Shown: one piece after another, positions 28,906 to 39,048 of the stretch
Numbering within the stretch: the first letter of the stretch is position 1
Layout: every line of letters begins with the position of its first letter
Source: an uncultured Eubacteriales bacterium
Lineage (GTDB): Bacteria; Acidobacteriota; Aminicenantia; Aminicenantales; UBA8522
NCBI GenBank assembly: GCA_964580435.1
Contig: CAZOKP010000004.1
Coordinates: forward strand, 14,824-78,823
Direction of reading: 5' to 3'
DNA: 64,000 bases
The notes under the pieces: generated by a model
The model's database searches: none
Told to the model about the DNA's origin: nothing
The model's input: the letters and a program-made list of their open reading frames with translations, nothing else
Position numbers and translations under genes: made by a program

Positions 28906-31900
28906 ATGAAGAAAGCCTTCGCTTTGAGCCCGGCTCTCATTTTGATCTGCCTGTTCTCTTTTCATTGCCAAGAAAAAAGGGCGGCCGGCGATACCTATGC
29001 TGATGTCCTTAAAGCTTTCGCCGACCCGCCGGCTGAATTCCGGAGCGCGCCCCTCTGGGTTTGGAATGACCGCATCACCAAGGAACAGATAGAGACACAG
29101 CTCGCTGATTTCAAAGCCCATGGCATCGGAGGCGTTTTCATCCATCCGCGGCCTGGATTAATAACGCCTTATCTCAGCGAAGAGTGGCTCGCTTCTTGCC
29201 GGCATGCCGTCGCTGTGGGGAAACGCCTCGGCATGAAAGTCTGGATCTATGATGAGAACTCCTATCCCTCAGGATTTGCAGGAGGCCACGTCCCGGCGGA
29301 CATGCCCGATTCCGTCGGGCTCGGCCTGAAAATGACCAAAGCCGTGGCAATTCCGGCTTTATTCAAAGAGAAGCCGATCGTCGTTCTCAAAGGAATCAGG
29401 TCTGAATTTGAGAACATCAGCGAGAAGGCCATTCAGCCGGGGGTCAGCGCATCTCTGGGGGTGGGTGATTATTTTCTTTTCGAAATCCAGAAGGCGAGTC
29501 CTTCTCCGTGGTTTGGCGGGTTTACCTATATCGATCTGATGCGCCGGGACGTCACGGACAAATTTCTCGATATCACCCTTAACGCGTATAAGCAAACGAT
29601 TGGCGAAGAATTCGGCGCTACGGTTCCCGGAAGCTTCCAGGATGAGGCGAACAATGGTCCCGTGTTGGCCGAGGACATCGTCAACTTCACACCCGGGCTC
29701 TTCGAGAAATTCCAAACAAAATGGGGCTATGACCTGCGGCTTCATCTTCCCTCGCTTTTCGAAGAAATCAGCGATTGGCAGACCGTCAGGCACAATTATT
29801 ACGCTACTTTATCTGACCTCTTCATCGAGAACTGGGCCAAGCCTTATTATGATTATTGCGCTGCCAACAACCTTTGGCTGACCGGCCATTACCTAGAGCA
29901 CGAGTGGCCCGCGCCGAGCCTCACTCCGGATTATCTGGCCGTAGCCGCCTATGCTCACATGCCGGGGATCGACTGCCTGATGAACCAGTGGGATACTGGC
30001 CCGCATGCCCAGTTTGGAAATGCCCGGGCACCCAAAGAGATCCGGAGCATTGCTAACCAGCTCGGCCGGAGCCGGACAATGTCGGAAACCTATGGCGCAG
30101 CGGGGTGGGACTTGACCTTCTTCGACCAGAAAAGGATTGCCGACTGGGAATTCGCCCTCGGAGTCAATTTCATCAACCAGCATCTTTCCTACGTCACCAT
30201 CATGGGCGCCCGCAAGCGTGACCATCCTCAGTCGTTTTCCTATCATGAACCGTGGTGGCATGCCTATAAGATCATGGGCGATTATTTGGGACGGCTTTCC
30301 GTTGTCATGAGCAAGGGCGAACAGCGGAACCGGATCCTTGTCCTTGAGCCGACGACAACCGCCTGGATGTATTATTCTCCGGCGGCTCAGTCTGACCGTC
30401 TGAAAGCCACTGGAGACCAATTCACGAATTTCATAAACCGGCTGGAGGCGGAACAGATCGAATACGACCTGGGGAGCGAGGATGTCCTCCGCAACCACGG
30501 CCGGGCGGAACAGAAGGCCATGATCGTTGGCGCGCGACGTTACGATGCTGTCGTCTTTCCGCCAGGCCTGGAAAACCTGGACCAGTCGACCCTGGAGCTT
30601 CTCTCAGGCTATATGAAGAGTGGAGGCCGGGTCCTCTCCTGCGCAGGGGTGCCGCGCTTCGTCGACGGAAAAGAGTCAGAGCAGCCGGGGAAAATCGCCG
30701 GGGCCGATCCTCAGCATTGGATCGCCCGGTCTGCCGACGAAACAATCAGCGCTCTGGCTGAGATATGCGCCGGGGAGATTCAGTTCATGGAGTTGAACGG
30801 CGACAAGACCATGTTCTTCCACCAGCGTCGGAAGCTCGCCGATGCGGAGCTCGTCTTTCTGGCAAACATCAGTCCTCGAGAGCGAGTGAGCGGGACATTT
30901 TCTGCCCCAGGGAAATCCGTGGAACGCTGGGATCCATTCAATGGGATTGCGAGCCCCTATCCTTCCAGGAGCCGGAAGGGCCAGGTTCATGTGGAGTTCA
31001 ATATAGCGCCTGGAGGCAGTCTGCTTCTTGGCCTCCGCAAGGAGAAGGTTGGGAAAGCACCTCAGGAGAAATTCAGCTGGCGAGAGATTACACCCGCAGG
31101 TGATTCGGAAATCCGAGCGGAATCGCCTAACGTCCTGACCATCGACTACTGTGATCTTGGCCTGGGAAACAAAGAAGAGCGGGACCTTTATTTCTATGAC
31201 GCCCAGCGCAAAGTTTTCGGGCACTTCGGCCTTGGCCGGAATCCCTGGGACAGCGCTGTCCAGTACAAAACGAATATTCTTGACCTGAACAAGTTTCCGC
31301 CGAACTCAGCATTTGAGGCAACTTTCTGGTTCACGTCCGGCCCGGGCGTCGACCTATCATCGCTCCGTCTCGTGGCCGAACGGCCGGCGTTTTATCAGAT
31401 CTCTATCAATGGCAGCAAGGTTGAAGCGGCCCCCGACCAATGGTGGCTCGACATGGGCTTCGGGATTTTTAACATTGGAAAGTTCTCCCGAGCAGGGAAG
31501 AACAGAATCAGTCTTAAAGCAGAACCTTTCACCCTCTTCAGCGAGCTTGAGTCGGTTTATCTTCTTGGAAATTTCGGACTAGAGAGCCAAGAGAAAGGGT
31601 TCAAGCTTATCCCGAGCGCAAGGCTTCAACTGGGTCCCTGGTCGGAGCAAGGGATGCCTTTATATGCCGGCGGGGTGAGCTACAGCAAGATATTAGACCT
31701 GGATTCCCTGGATGCAGACAAAGGACGTTATTTTGTGAGGCTTGGCCGTTGGCTCGGGTCCGTGGTTGAAGTCCGTGTCGGGGAGAAGACGGCGGGTTTC
31801 ATCGCCTTCGAGCCATTTGAGCTCGACATCACCGACCAATTGAGCGCCGCTGCGAACAAAGTGAGCGTCATCGTCTATGGCACTTTGAAAAATACGCTCG

Positions 31901-32052
31901 GGCCTCACCATGACAACCCTCGGCTCGGCATGGCCTGGCCTAGCATGTTCCAGAAGGGCGCCGACGGCGGATATCCGCCCGGCACCAAGTACTCCGTGGT
32001 CGGCTACGGCCTGTTCGACGACTTCAAAATTTTGTTGAGAATTAAGGCCTAA
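28906..32052 (+). CDS. large secreted glycoside hydrolase, GH106-like (putative alpha-L-rhamnosidase family)
   Basis: Probable start MKKAFALSPALILICLF (ATG 28906 after AGGAGGGA); the listed ORF begins inside the tRNA. Signal peptide. N-terminal AEFRSAPLWVWND motif characteristic of the GH106 group. About 1050 aa, typical for this family. Family assignment is from memory of the N-terminal motif only. Confidence 0.5.
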   Translation: MKKAFALSPALILICLFSFHCQEKRAAGDTYADVLKAFADPPAEFRSAPLWVWNDRITKEQIETQLADFKAHGIGGVFIHPRPGLITPYLSEEWLASCRHAVAVGKRLGMKVWIYDENSYPSGFAGGHVPADMPDSVGLGLKMTKAVAIPALFKEKPIVVLKGIRSEFENISEKAIQPGVSASLGVGDYFLFEIQKASPSPWFGGFTYIDLMRRDVTDKFLDITLNAYKQTIGEEFGATVPGSFQDEANNGPVLAEDIVNFTPGLFEKFQTKWGYDLRLHLPSLFEEISDWQTVRHNYYATLSDLFIENWAKPYYDYCAANNLWLTGHYLEHEWPAPSLTPDYLAVAAYAHMPGIDCLMNQWDTGPHAQFGNARAPKEIRSIANQLGRSRTMSETYGAAGWDLTFFDQKRIADWEFALGVNFINQHLSYVTIMGARKRDHPQSFSYHEPWWHAYKIMGDYLGRLSVVMSKGEQRNRILVLEPTTTAWMYYSPAAQSDRLKATGDQFTNFINRLEAEQIEYDLGSEDVLRNHGRAEQKAMIVGARRYDAVVFPPGLENLDQSTLELLSGYMKSGGRVLSCAGVPRFVDGKESEQPGKIAGADPQHWIARSADETISALAEICAGEIQFMELNGDKTMFFHQRRKLADAELVFLANISPRERVSGTFSAPGKSVERWDPFNGIASPYPSRSRKGQVHVEFNIAPGGSLLLGLRKEKVGKAPQEKFSWREITPAGDSEIRAESPNVLTIDYCDLGLGNKEERDLYFYDAQRKVFGHFGLGRNPWDSAVQYKTNILDLNKFPPNSAFEATFWFTSGPGVDLSSLRLVAERPAFYQISINGSKVEAAPDQWWLDMGFGIFNIGKFSRAGKNRISLKAEPFTLFSELESVYLLGNFGLESQEKGFKLIPSARLQLGPWSEQGMPLYAGGVSYSKILDLDSLDADKGRYFVRLGRWLGSVVEVRVGEKTAGFIAFEPFELDITDQLSAAANKVSVIVYGTLKNTLGPHHDNPRLGMAWPSMFQKGADGGYPPGTKYSVVGYGLFDDFKILLRIKA

Positions 32053-32061
32053 CCAAAACTC

Positions 32062-32694
32062 ATGAATCTGATGCTGTCGCTTTTGGTCATCGGCATCTCA
32101 GCTATTTTCGCCATCTATGGCAAATATAAAAAGCAGAAGTTCATCCATTACGCCTTTAAGCCGTTGACGATGATCATGATCATCTCGCTGGCCTGGGAGA
32201 GGATGACGGCCTTCCCCTCCACGTATTCTTACTTGATCCTTTCCGGGCTGTGCTTTTCTTTTTTGGGAGACATTCTTGTCATGCTGCCCGGGACAAAATT
32301 CATCAAACCGGGCCTTTTAGCCTTCCTAGCCGGCTATTTTCTTTATATTTCGGCCATCAGCCGGGGCATCAAGATCATTTCCTTCCTGCCTCTTCTGCTG
32401 ATATTGGCGCTGGGATCCGTCGTTTATCTTTACCTTTATGGCAAGCTCGACAAAATGCGCTTTCCCGTCCTCATCTATGTTTTTGTTGTTTCTGCCTTGG
32501 TCTGGCTGGGGGTCAACAGATATCTCAGCCTTCTTGATCAGAAGAGCCTTTTCGTCATGGTCAGCGGCATCTTGCTCCTCTTCTCTGAATCGACCTGGGC
32601 CGTCAACAAATTCCGGAAACAATTCTGGCTGGCGGAGATATTCATCCTGGGGACTTACTTCCCGGCTCAGCTCCTGTTCGCCCTTTCTATCTGA
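32062..32694 (+). CDS. YhhN/lysoplasmalogenase family integral membrane protein
   Basis: 210 aa, 6-8 hydrophobic helices, size and composition of the YhhN (TMEM86-like) family. Confidence 0.45.
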   Translation: MNLMLSLLVIGISAIFAIYGKYKKQKFIHYAFKPLTMIMIISLAWERMTAFPSTYSYLILSGLCFSFLGDILVMLPGTKFIKPGLLAFLAGYFLYISAISRGIKIISFLPLLLILALGSVVYLYLYGKLDKMRFPVLIYVFVVSALVWLGVNRYLSLLDQKSLFVMVSGILLLFSESTWAVNKFRKQFWLAEIFILGTYFPAQLLFALSI

Positions 32695-32695
32695 T

Positions 32696-33406
32696 TCAGA
32701 CGATTTGCGTTCTTGTGCTGAGGGCGACAAGCCATTTATGAAGGGGTGCCGCGGCCTTGAACTTTTGAAAGCAGAAATCCACGAGCATCGGCTTAAAAAA
32801 TTCTTTGGGGATGGCGCCTTCCCAGCCCGCATGCAGGCCGTTATGGAGGAGCAGTTCGGCGTTCGGATGCGAGGGATCAAACCCGGGAGGCACCCTCTTG
32901 TAATGTCTGCCGCCCAGTTCAAATTCTCCCGTTCTTAGAAGATCCTTGATGATGCGGCGCAGCTCTTGGCCATACTTTGGGTGAACGACAGCTCTTCTAT
33001 AGTGCTCCAGCACGCGGTCCGGGAACATATAGTATCCTGTACCCAGGATCAATTTCGGGGGCTCAACATGAAAATAGAAGCCCGATGCCTGCATCCGCGA
33101 GGGGCTCCCCTCCCAGAAATAGATCCCCAGGTTGGTCTTGTAAGGGGACTGGTCAAAACTGAAGCGTGTGTCCCTATTGATCCGGAACAACGATTTGTTT
33201 ATTTTCGGGACGGCAATGATATTGGGGGATATCGTTCTCAACCGCGCGCCCATGGCCGTCACAAAAGCCTTGGCGGGTTCCAGCACCTGAGTCTCATAAA
33301 TCATCCTGTGCCGCTCGAACCATTCTTTGTTATTGTTTCTTTTAAGGGTGTTGAAAAAACGGATCGTTTCCCTGGTAAATCCTTTGAAAACCTGTTCTTC
33401 CGGCAT
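32696..33406 (-). CDS. DUF2461 (TIGR02453) family conserved hypothetical protein
   Basis: N-terminus FKGFTRETIRFFNTLKRNNNKEWFERHRMIYETQVLEP matches the DUF2461 hallmark (FL..L..NN.REWF..H...YE). Confidence 0.7.
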   Translation of the reverse strand: MPEEQVFKGFTRETIRFFNTLKRNNNKEWFERHRMIYETQVLEPAKAFVTAMGARLRTISPNIIAVPKINKSLFRINRDTRFSFDQSPYKTNLGIYFWEGSPSRMQASGFYFHVEPPKLILGTGYYMFPDRVLEHYRRAVVHPKYGQELRRIIKDLLRTGEFELGGRHYKRVPPGFDPSHPNAELLLHNGLHAGWEGAIPKEFFKPMLVDFCFQKFKAAAPLHKWLVALSTRTQIV

Positions 33407-33473
33407 CGTTATTTCCTGATTTTCTTATTATTCTACATAAATAGCAAAACATCATACAAGGGGCCCTATGACG

Positions 33474-33626
33474 AAAAGTGGGGGGACAGTTTTAGACCGA
33501 GATCATGATCAGCCGCAATCGGCCGCAGCGACCACTGAAGGAACGGCGTGAAAAACCTGAATGGGAGCGAGGCGGATTGCGGCTGATCATATTCCCTTCC
33601 TCGCCTTTTCGTTTTACCCCACTTTT
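33474..33626. repeat. nested inverted-repeat structure
   Basis: Outer 10-bp repeat AAAAGTGGGG (33474-33483) / CCCCACTTTT (33617-33626). Inner perfect 16-bp repeat ATGATCAGCCGCAATC (33505-33520) / GATTGCGGCTGATCAT (33575-33590), separated by 54 nt. Lies in the divergent intergenic region between the DUF2461 and DUF1846 genes. Confidence 0.8.
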
Positions 33627-33701
33627 TGCGATCGAGCAGGTACACGGTTGACAGAGCCATGCGCCTGCGATATAAAACTCTTCCCTGAAAGGAAAAGACG
33701 C

Positions 33702-35219
33702 GTGACCGGGAAAATCGGTTTTGACAACGAGCGCTATTTAGCTGCGCAGACGGAGGCTATCCTCCAAAGGGAACGAAGATCACATAACAAGCTCTACCTC
33801 GAATTCGGCGGCAAGCTTTTCTATGACTATCATGCCGCTCGAGTCCTGCCCGGCTATGACCCAAACGTGAAGATGCGGCTGATCCAAAAGCTGAAAAACC
33901 AGGCCGATGTCCTGCTCTGCATCTATGCCGGCGACATTGAAAAGAGAAAGGTGCGGGCGGATTTCGGCATAACCTATGATGTCGATGCGCTTAAGCTCAT
34001 CGATGACCTAGCCGAGTGGGGGATCGGGATTCTGGGAGTGGTAATTACCCGGTTTGACAATCAGGCTTCGGCCAAGGTGTTCAAGAACAAACTGGAGCGG
34101 CGGGGGATTCGAGTCTATACCCACAGCTACACCAAGGGATATCCGACAGATATCGACCTGATCGTCAGCGATGAAGGCTACGGCGCCAACGAATACATCG
34201 AGACGAAAAATCCCCTGGTCATCGTGACCGGGCCCGGCCCTGGAAGCGGCAAATTGGCCACCTGCTTGTCGCAGCTCTACCATGACCACAAGCGGGGCAT
34301 CGAATCGGGTTTTGCCAAATTCGAGACTTTTCCCATCTGGAACCTGCCGCTCAAGCACCCGGTCAACATCGCCTATGAAGCAGCGACGGCAGATATCGGC
34401 GATTTCAACCTGGTGGATCCCTACCACCTGGAAGCCTATGCGGTCTCGGCAGTGAACTACAACCGCGACGTCGAGGTTTACCCCGTGCTCAAGAGAATAT
34501 TGGAGCGGATAACAGGAGAGGCGTCGCTCTACAAATCTCCTACAGAAATGGGCGTCAATTGCGCCGGTAACGCGATCACTGATGATGGGGTCGTTCGGGA
34601 AGCCTCCAAGCAGGAATTGATCAGAAGGTTTTTCCGCTACAGATGCGAGTATGCTATGGGCTTCGTTGATCGAGAAACCGTGCAGAGGGCAGAACTTCTG
34701 ATGAAAGAACTCGGAGTCAAACCCGAGGACCGCAATGTGGTTGAGCCGGCGAGGCGTGCCGCCGACGAAGCCCGGGAAACGGGGAAGGGGAACAAGGGCG
34801 TCTTTTGTGGGGCCGCCATCGAGCTCAAGGACGGCACCATCGTCGCCGGAAAGAACTCTCCGCTCATGCACGCGGCCTCGAGCCTGATCCTTAACGCAGT
34901 CAAAAAATTGGCTGATATCCCGGACAAGATCCATCTTTTGTCCCCCGCCATCATCAATTCGGTGGGGAACCTCAAAGAAAACATCCTCGGCGCCAAGACG
35001 GTCAGCCTGGACGTCGCCGAGGTTTTGATCAGCCTGAGCATCAACGCCTCGAGCAATCCTTCAGCCCAGCTGGCGCTGGAAAAACTGAATGAGCTCCGGA
35101 ACTGCGAAGTCCATCTGACACATATTCCCACTCCGGGAGATGAGGCCGGACTGCGCAGGCTGGGAGTCAACCTGACCTCCGAGCCCAGTTTTTCGGGCAA
35201 AAATCTTTTTGTGATTTGA
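33702..35219 (+). CDS. DUF1846 (UPF0371) family protein
   Basis: Probable GTG start at 33702 (VTGKIGFDNERYLAAQ...), preceded by GAAAGGAAAAG. N-terminus IGFDNERYL...KLYLEFGGKLFYDYHAARVLPGYDPN is typical of UPF0371/DUF1846 proteins. About 505 aa. Confidence 0.55.
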   Translation: MTGKIGFDNERYLAAQTEAILQRERRSHNKLYLEFGGKLFYDYHAARVLPGYDPNVKMRLIQKLKNQADVLLCIYAGDIEKRKVRADFGITYDVDALKLIDDLAEWGIGILGVVITRFDNQASAKVFKNKLERRGIRVYTHSYTKGYPTDIDLIVSDEGYGANEYIETKNPLVIVTGPGPGSGKLATCLSQLYHDHKRGIESGFAKFETFPIWNLPLKHPVNIAYEAATADIGDFNLVDPYHLEAYAVSAVNYNRDVEVYPVLKRILERITGEASLYKSPTEMGVNCAGNAITDDGVVREASKQELIRRFFRYRCEYAMGFVDRETVQRAELLMKELGVKPEDRNVVEPARRAADEARETGKGNKGVFCGAAIELKDGTIVAGKNSPLMHAASSLILNAVKKLADIPDKIHLLSPAIINSVGNLKENILGAKTVSLDVAEVLISLSINASSNPSAQLALEKLNELRNCEVHLTHIPTPGDEAGLRRLGVNLTSEPSFSGKNLFVI

Positions 35220-35249
35220 GTCCAGCTTTCTTTTGAGGAGGACGATGCC

Positions 35250-37010
35250 ATGAACCACAAACGCAGTAGGAATATTCTGACCTGGGCCTTTTCCCTCAGC
35301 TTGATCTTCTTGGGATTCACGGGACCGTCGGTCTTCGGCGAGCCAGGGGAAGGCGGATTGCGTGTAGGGGTGTCTTTTCCCGAACAGCGGTCAAAGCAGC
35401 CTCTTGATGGCCGAATGCTGCTGCTGATTTCTGCGGACGGGACCGCAGAGCCGCGCTTTCAGATTAGCGACGGCCCGAACACGCAGCTTGTCTTCGGAAT
35501 CGATGTGGACGGGCTCAAACCTCAGCAGGCCGCCGTCTTTGATAAAAGTGTCTTTGGCTATCCCGTAAATAGCATCGCCGATATCCCGGCCGGCGAATAC
35601 TGGGTTCAGGTGCTCCTGAACCGGTACGAGACGTTTCGTCGCGCCGACGGGCATACCGTCAAGCTCCCCATGGATAGGGGGGAAGGACAGCAGTGGAACC
35701 AGAAGCCGGGAAATCTTTACAGTGCGCCCCAGAAAATCTTCCTTGATCCCCAAAAAGACGAGCTGATCAAAGTTATACTGGACCAGGAGATTCCGGTCAT
35801 ACCAGAACCGAAAGACACAAAATATATCAAGCATATCAGGATTCAGAGCAAGCTCTTGAGTCAGTTCTGGGGCCAGCCATGGTATCTCGGTGCCAATGTG
35901 CTTTTGCCAGAGGGGTTTGAGGCGCATCCGGAGGCGCGCTATCCGCTCATCATCTTTCACGGCCATTTTCCTTACACCTTCAGCGGATTCCGCGAGACAC
36001 CGCCCGACCCCAACCTCAAGCCTGAGTACAGCGAAAGATTCAGGCTCGAGGGATATAACAAGATTGTCGAGCAATCTGCCTATGAGTTTTATAAATACTG
36101 GATCGCGCCGGACACACCTCGCTTCCTCATCATCGAGATCCAGCACGCCAACCCCTATTATGACGATTCCTATGCCGTCAATTCCGCCAATCTGGGCCCT
36201 TACGGTGACGCCATCACGTACGAACTTATCCCGTATATCGAGAAGAAATTTCGTGGCATCGGCGAGGGCTGGGCCCGTTTTCTCTACGGCGGGTCTACGG
36301 GCGGCTGGGAGGCTCTGGCGGCTCAGGTTTTCTATCCCGAAGAATATAACGGCTGCTGGGCGGCCTGTCCTGACCCGATCGATTTCCGAGCTTACACTTC
36401 GGTTAATGTATACCAACATAAGAACGCCTATTTTATTGACAGCCGATGGAAAAAGACACAGCGGCCGAGCGAGAGAAATTATCTTGGTGAGGTGATTTGT
36501 GCGCTCGAGGAATCAAATCATCGCGAGCTCGTCCTGGGGACAAATTCCCGGTCCGGAGACCAGTATGACATCTGGCAAGCCGTTTTTTCGCCCGTCGCCG
36601 AGGACGGCTATCCCAAGCCCATCTGGGACAGGATGACGGGCGAAATTGACCGGTCGGTGGCGGAATACTGGCGGGAACATTATGATCTTCGCTACATCCT
36701 TGAGCGGGACTGGAAAACCCTCGGCCCCAAGCTCAACGGGAAGATTCATATCTACTGCGGCGACATGGACAGTTTTTATCTCAATAACGCCGTCTATCTG
36801 ATGGAGGATTTCCTGAAAAGAACAAAAGACCCTTACTATGATGGCGAAGTGGACTACGGAGACAGGGCCGAGCATTGCTGGAACGGCGACCATACCCGGC
36901 CGAATGCTATCTCCAGGCTGAGATATCACCAGATGCATATCCCTAAGATCATGGAGAGGATCCAGAAGTCGGCCCCGTCGAACGCCGATTTGACAAGCTG
37001 GCGGTATTGA
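35250..37010 (+). CDS. secreted hypothetical protein, possible alpha/beta-hydrolase (esterase-like)
   Basis: Signal peptide (MNHKRSRNILTWAFSLSLIFLGFTGPSVFG). GGSTGGWEAL nucleophile-elbow-like motif and PLIIFHGHFPY. No confident family assignment. Confidence 0.4.
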   Translation: MNHKRSRNILTWAFSLSLIFLGFTGPSVFGEPGEGGLRVGVSFPEQRSKQPLDGRMLLLISADGTAEPRFQISDGPNTQLVFGIDVDGLKPQQAAVFDKSVFGYPVNSIADIPAGEYWVQVLLNRYETFRRADGHTVKLPMDRGEGQQWNQKPGNLYSAPQKIFLDPQKDELIKVILDQEIPVIPEPKDTKYIKHIRIQSKLLSQFWGQPWYLGANVLLPEGFEAHPEARYPLIIFHGHFPYTFSGFRETPPDPNLKPEYSERFRLEGYNKIVEQSAYEFYKYWIAPDTPRFLIIEIQHANPYYDDSYAVNSANLGPYGDAITYELIPYIEKKFRGIGEGWARFLYGGSTGGWEALAAQVFYPEEYNGCWAACPDPIDFRAYTSVNVYQHKNAYFIDSRWKKTQRPSERNYLGEVICALEESNHRELVLGTNSRSGDQYDIWQAVFSPVAEDGYPKPIWDRMTGEIDRSVAEYWREHYDLRYILERDWKTLGPKLNGKIHIYCGDMDSFYLNNAVYLMEDFLKRTKDPYYDGEVDYGDRAEHCWNGDHTRPNAISRLRYHQMHIPKIMERIQKSAPSNADLTSWRY

Positions 37011-37076
37011 TTCAGAAGTCTCTTGGTTTTAATATTGAGATGGGGAAGAGGCTCCGGCCCTTTCCCACAAATATAA

Positions 37077-37589
37077 GTGAAGAAGCGGATGAGGAACAAA
37101 AAAAGCCGCAGGGCGCCAGCGCAATCCAGGGCCTACTATCATTCTCCGATAGGAACGATCGAGATAGTGGGCACAGAACAGGGAGTTGCCCTGTTAAACT
37201 TTGTCGAATGTCAGCCGGTCAAAGTCTCTCAGGCTCCTTCATATTTGAAAGAGGCCGTCAAGCAGGTCGACGAGTATTTTCGAGGCAAAAGAAAGGAATT
37301 TTCCCTACGCCTGATTCTTGAAGGCACGGAGTTCCAGAAGAAGGTCTGGCGTGAGTTGCTGAAAATCCCTTATGGAAGTACTGCTTCATATGGAGACGTC
37401 GCTGCAGCGATCGGGAGGGGAAAAGCGTTCCGGGCCGTGGGGAATGCCAACCGCCTTAACAATATCTCCATCATCATTCCCTGCCATCGGGTGATCGGAA
37501 GTGACGGCGACCTGGTCGGCTACGGGGGATCTCTTTGGCGCAAAAAGTGGCTCTTAGAGCATGAGCGAAAATTCAAAACCATATATTAG
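37077..37589 (+). CDS. ogt: methylated-DNA--protein-cysteine methyltransferase (O6-alkylguanine-DNA alkyltransferase)
   Basis: Active-site IIIPCHRVIGSDGDLVGYGGSLWRKKWLLEHE (PCHR motif) and a helix-turn-helix YGSTASYGDVAAAIG. Lys-rich N-terminus; start may instead be at 37089. Confidence 0.8.
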   Translation: MKKRMRNKKSRRAPAQSRAYYHSPIGTIEIVGTEQGVALLNFVECQPVKVSQAPSYLKEAVKQVDEYFRGKRKEFSLRLILEGTEFQKKVWRELLKIPYGSTASYGDVAAAIGRGKAFRAVGNANRLNNISIIIPCHRVIGSDGDLVGYGGSLWRKKWLLEHERKFKTIY

Positions 37590-37598
37590 GCCTGGGAT

Positions 37599-38138
37599 TT
37601 GAAATCATGGAGGGCTGATGTGAAGACCAAAACTCAGAGCAGGCTATCCTGGCAGGAAAAATTGGCCGATGATAAAGGCCTTCCCAGAGTGGAGAAGATC
37701 ACCGAGAAAATGAGCCAAAGGTGGGGGACGGGAACCGTGGTCATTCCCGCTCCCCGAGAGGTCGATGAGATCATGAGAAAAGTCCCGCGGGGCAAAGTTA
37801 TCACGATCAACGAAATTCGGAAGATCCTGGCTCAAAAGCACGGCGCATCTATGGGCTGCCCTATCACCACCGGCATTTTCGCCTGGATCGCGGCGAATGC
37901 CGCCGAAGAAGCTTCGAAAGAGGGCATCAGAGAGACTACCCCTTACTGGCGGACGTTGAAATCAGGCGGCGAGATCAACGCGAAGTATCCCGGCGGCGCA
38001 GAAGCGCAACTGAGGCTTCTCGAAAAGGAGGGCCATAGGATCATCGCCAAACGGAGGAGGCTGGCGGTCGCTGATTTTGAAAAGTCACTCGCTCAAATAT
38101 CAGTCAGCCAGAAGCCTCCTTCGGCCCCAAAGAGATAG
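37599..38138 (+). CDS. hypothetical protein with MGMT/ATL-like DNA-binding segment
   Basis: VPRGKVITINEIRKILAQKHGAS resembles the VP(K/R)GKVTTYG(D/E)IA helix-turn-helix of alkyltransferase-like proteins, but there is no PCHR active site. Sits adjacent to ogt. Weak assignment. Confidence 0.3.
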   Translation: MKSWRADVKTKTQSRLSWQEKLADDKGLPRVEKITEKMSQRWGTGTVVIPAPREVDEIMRKVPRGKVITINEIRKILAQKHGASMGCPITTGIFAWIAANAAEEASKEGIRETTPYWRTLKSGGEINAKYPGGAEAQLRLLEKEGHRIIAKRRRLAVADFEKSLAQISVSQKPPSAPKR

Positions 38139-38147
38139 AAACAAAAC

Positions 38148-38522
38148 ATGGTGAAAAAAGCAGGCCATTATCTAGGCACTGAGATCGATGAAAAGTGGTG
38201 GAAACGGTACCGAAAGGAGGGCTTTTTTGCCCGAGGCAACGGAGAGTATTGGTTGGATGAGAAAGGGTTCTATTTTTTAAGATATCTGACCAGGGAACTT
38301 CTTTTTATCCCCTTTGAGTCCATTGAGCAGCTAAAGTCGGGGAAGTGGCACTCGGGGAGATGGGCGGCGGGAGCGGATATTCTCAAGATTATCTGGCATA
38401 AAGAGGGCAAGCGTCTGAGCTCTGGATTTTCTGTTCCCGGAAAAAGGGAAGAATCAGAATGGCTGAAAGAAAGTATGATTGAGAAAATAAAATCTCAAGA
38501 AGATAGGAGGCAAGATCAATGA
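38148..38522 (+). CDS. hypothetical protein
   Basis: 124 aa, W/K-rich, no recognised motif. Its stop overlaps the start of the next gene (translational coupling). Confidence 0.4.
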   Translation: MVKKAGHYLGTEIDEKWWKRYRKEGFFARGNGEYWLDEKGFYFLRYLTRELLFIPFESIEQLKSGKWHSGRWAAGADILKIIWHKEGKRLSSGFSVPGKREESEWLKESMIEKIKSQEDRRQDQ

Positions 38523-39040
38523 ACAAGAGAAGATGGCCGGTTTGGGCAGGTGTTTTAATAATGGTCTTGATAGCAGGATGTTGCAAGCTGTCCCGAAAAG
38601 ACATCGTGCTCAAAGCGTTTCCTCTTGACAGTCTTGAGGGCTTGATCACCCGATCGGGAGTCGAGATCGACTCTCAAACAAAAAAGGAGGGCCAGGGCTC
38701 ACTCCGGATCACGGTGGCGCAGCCGGAAGTGGTCCGGCTTTTTGAAGTCGACGATATCGATATTGAGGATGCTGTCTTGATCTATCAGGCCAGGCTCCGG
38801 ACAGAAAACGCCGAGGGCAATGTTTACCTGGAGATGTGGTGCTATTTCGACGGCAGAGGAGAATTCTTCTCCCGAGGTCTTCAAGCTCCGCTCAGGGGGA
38901 CAACGGATTGGGTGACTGAGGAGATCCCCTTCTTTCTCAAGAAGGGGGATAAACCCGGTCTTGTGAAGCTCAATGTGGTCAGCGAAGGTCCGGCGACGAT
39001 CTGGATAGACGATATCCGACTTCTTAAAAGGGCACAATAA
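38519..39040 (+). CDS. lipoprotein (hypothetical)
   Basis: Signal peptide with lipobox LIAGC. 173 aa, beta-rich. Confidence 0.45.
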   Translation: MNKRRWPVWAGVLIMVLIAGCCKLSRKDIVLKAFPLDSLEGLITRSGVEIDSQTKKEGQGSLRITVAQPEVVRLFEVDDIDIEDAVLIYQARLRTENAEGNVYLEMWCYFDGRGEFFSRGLQAPLRGTTDWVTEEIPFFLKKGDKPGLVKLNVVSEGPATIWIDDIRLLKRAQ

Positions 39041-39048
39041 ATCAAATC

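Noticed and set aside
34008-34934. Long minus-strand ORFs antisense to the DUF1846 gene (34008-34934), the esterase-like gene (35391-36419), argS (52724-53713, plus strand), gcvPB (58032-58889) and mutY (46202-47134, plus strand)
   Set aside because: All are shadow ORFs opposite well-supported genes. They have no RBS or start context and biased composition.
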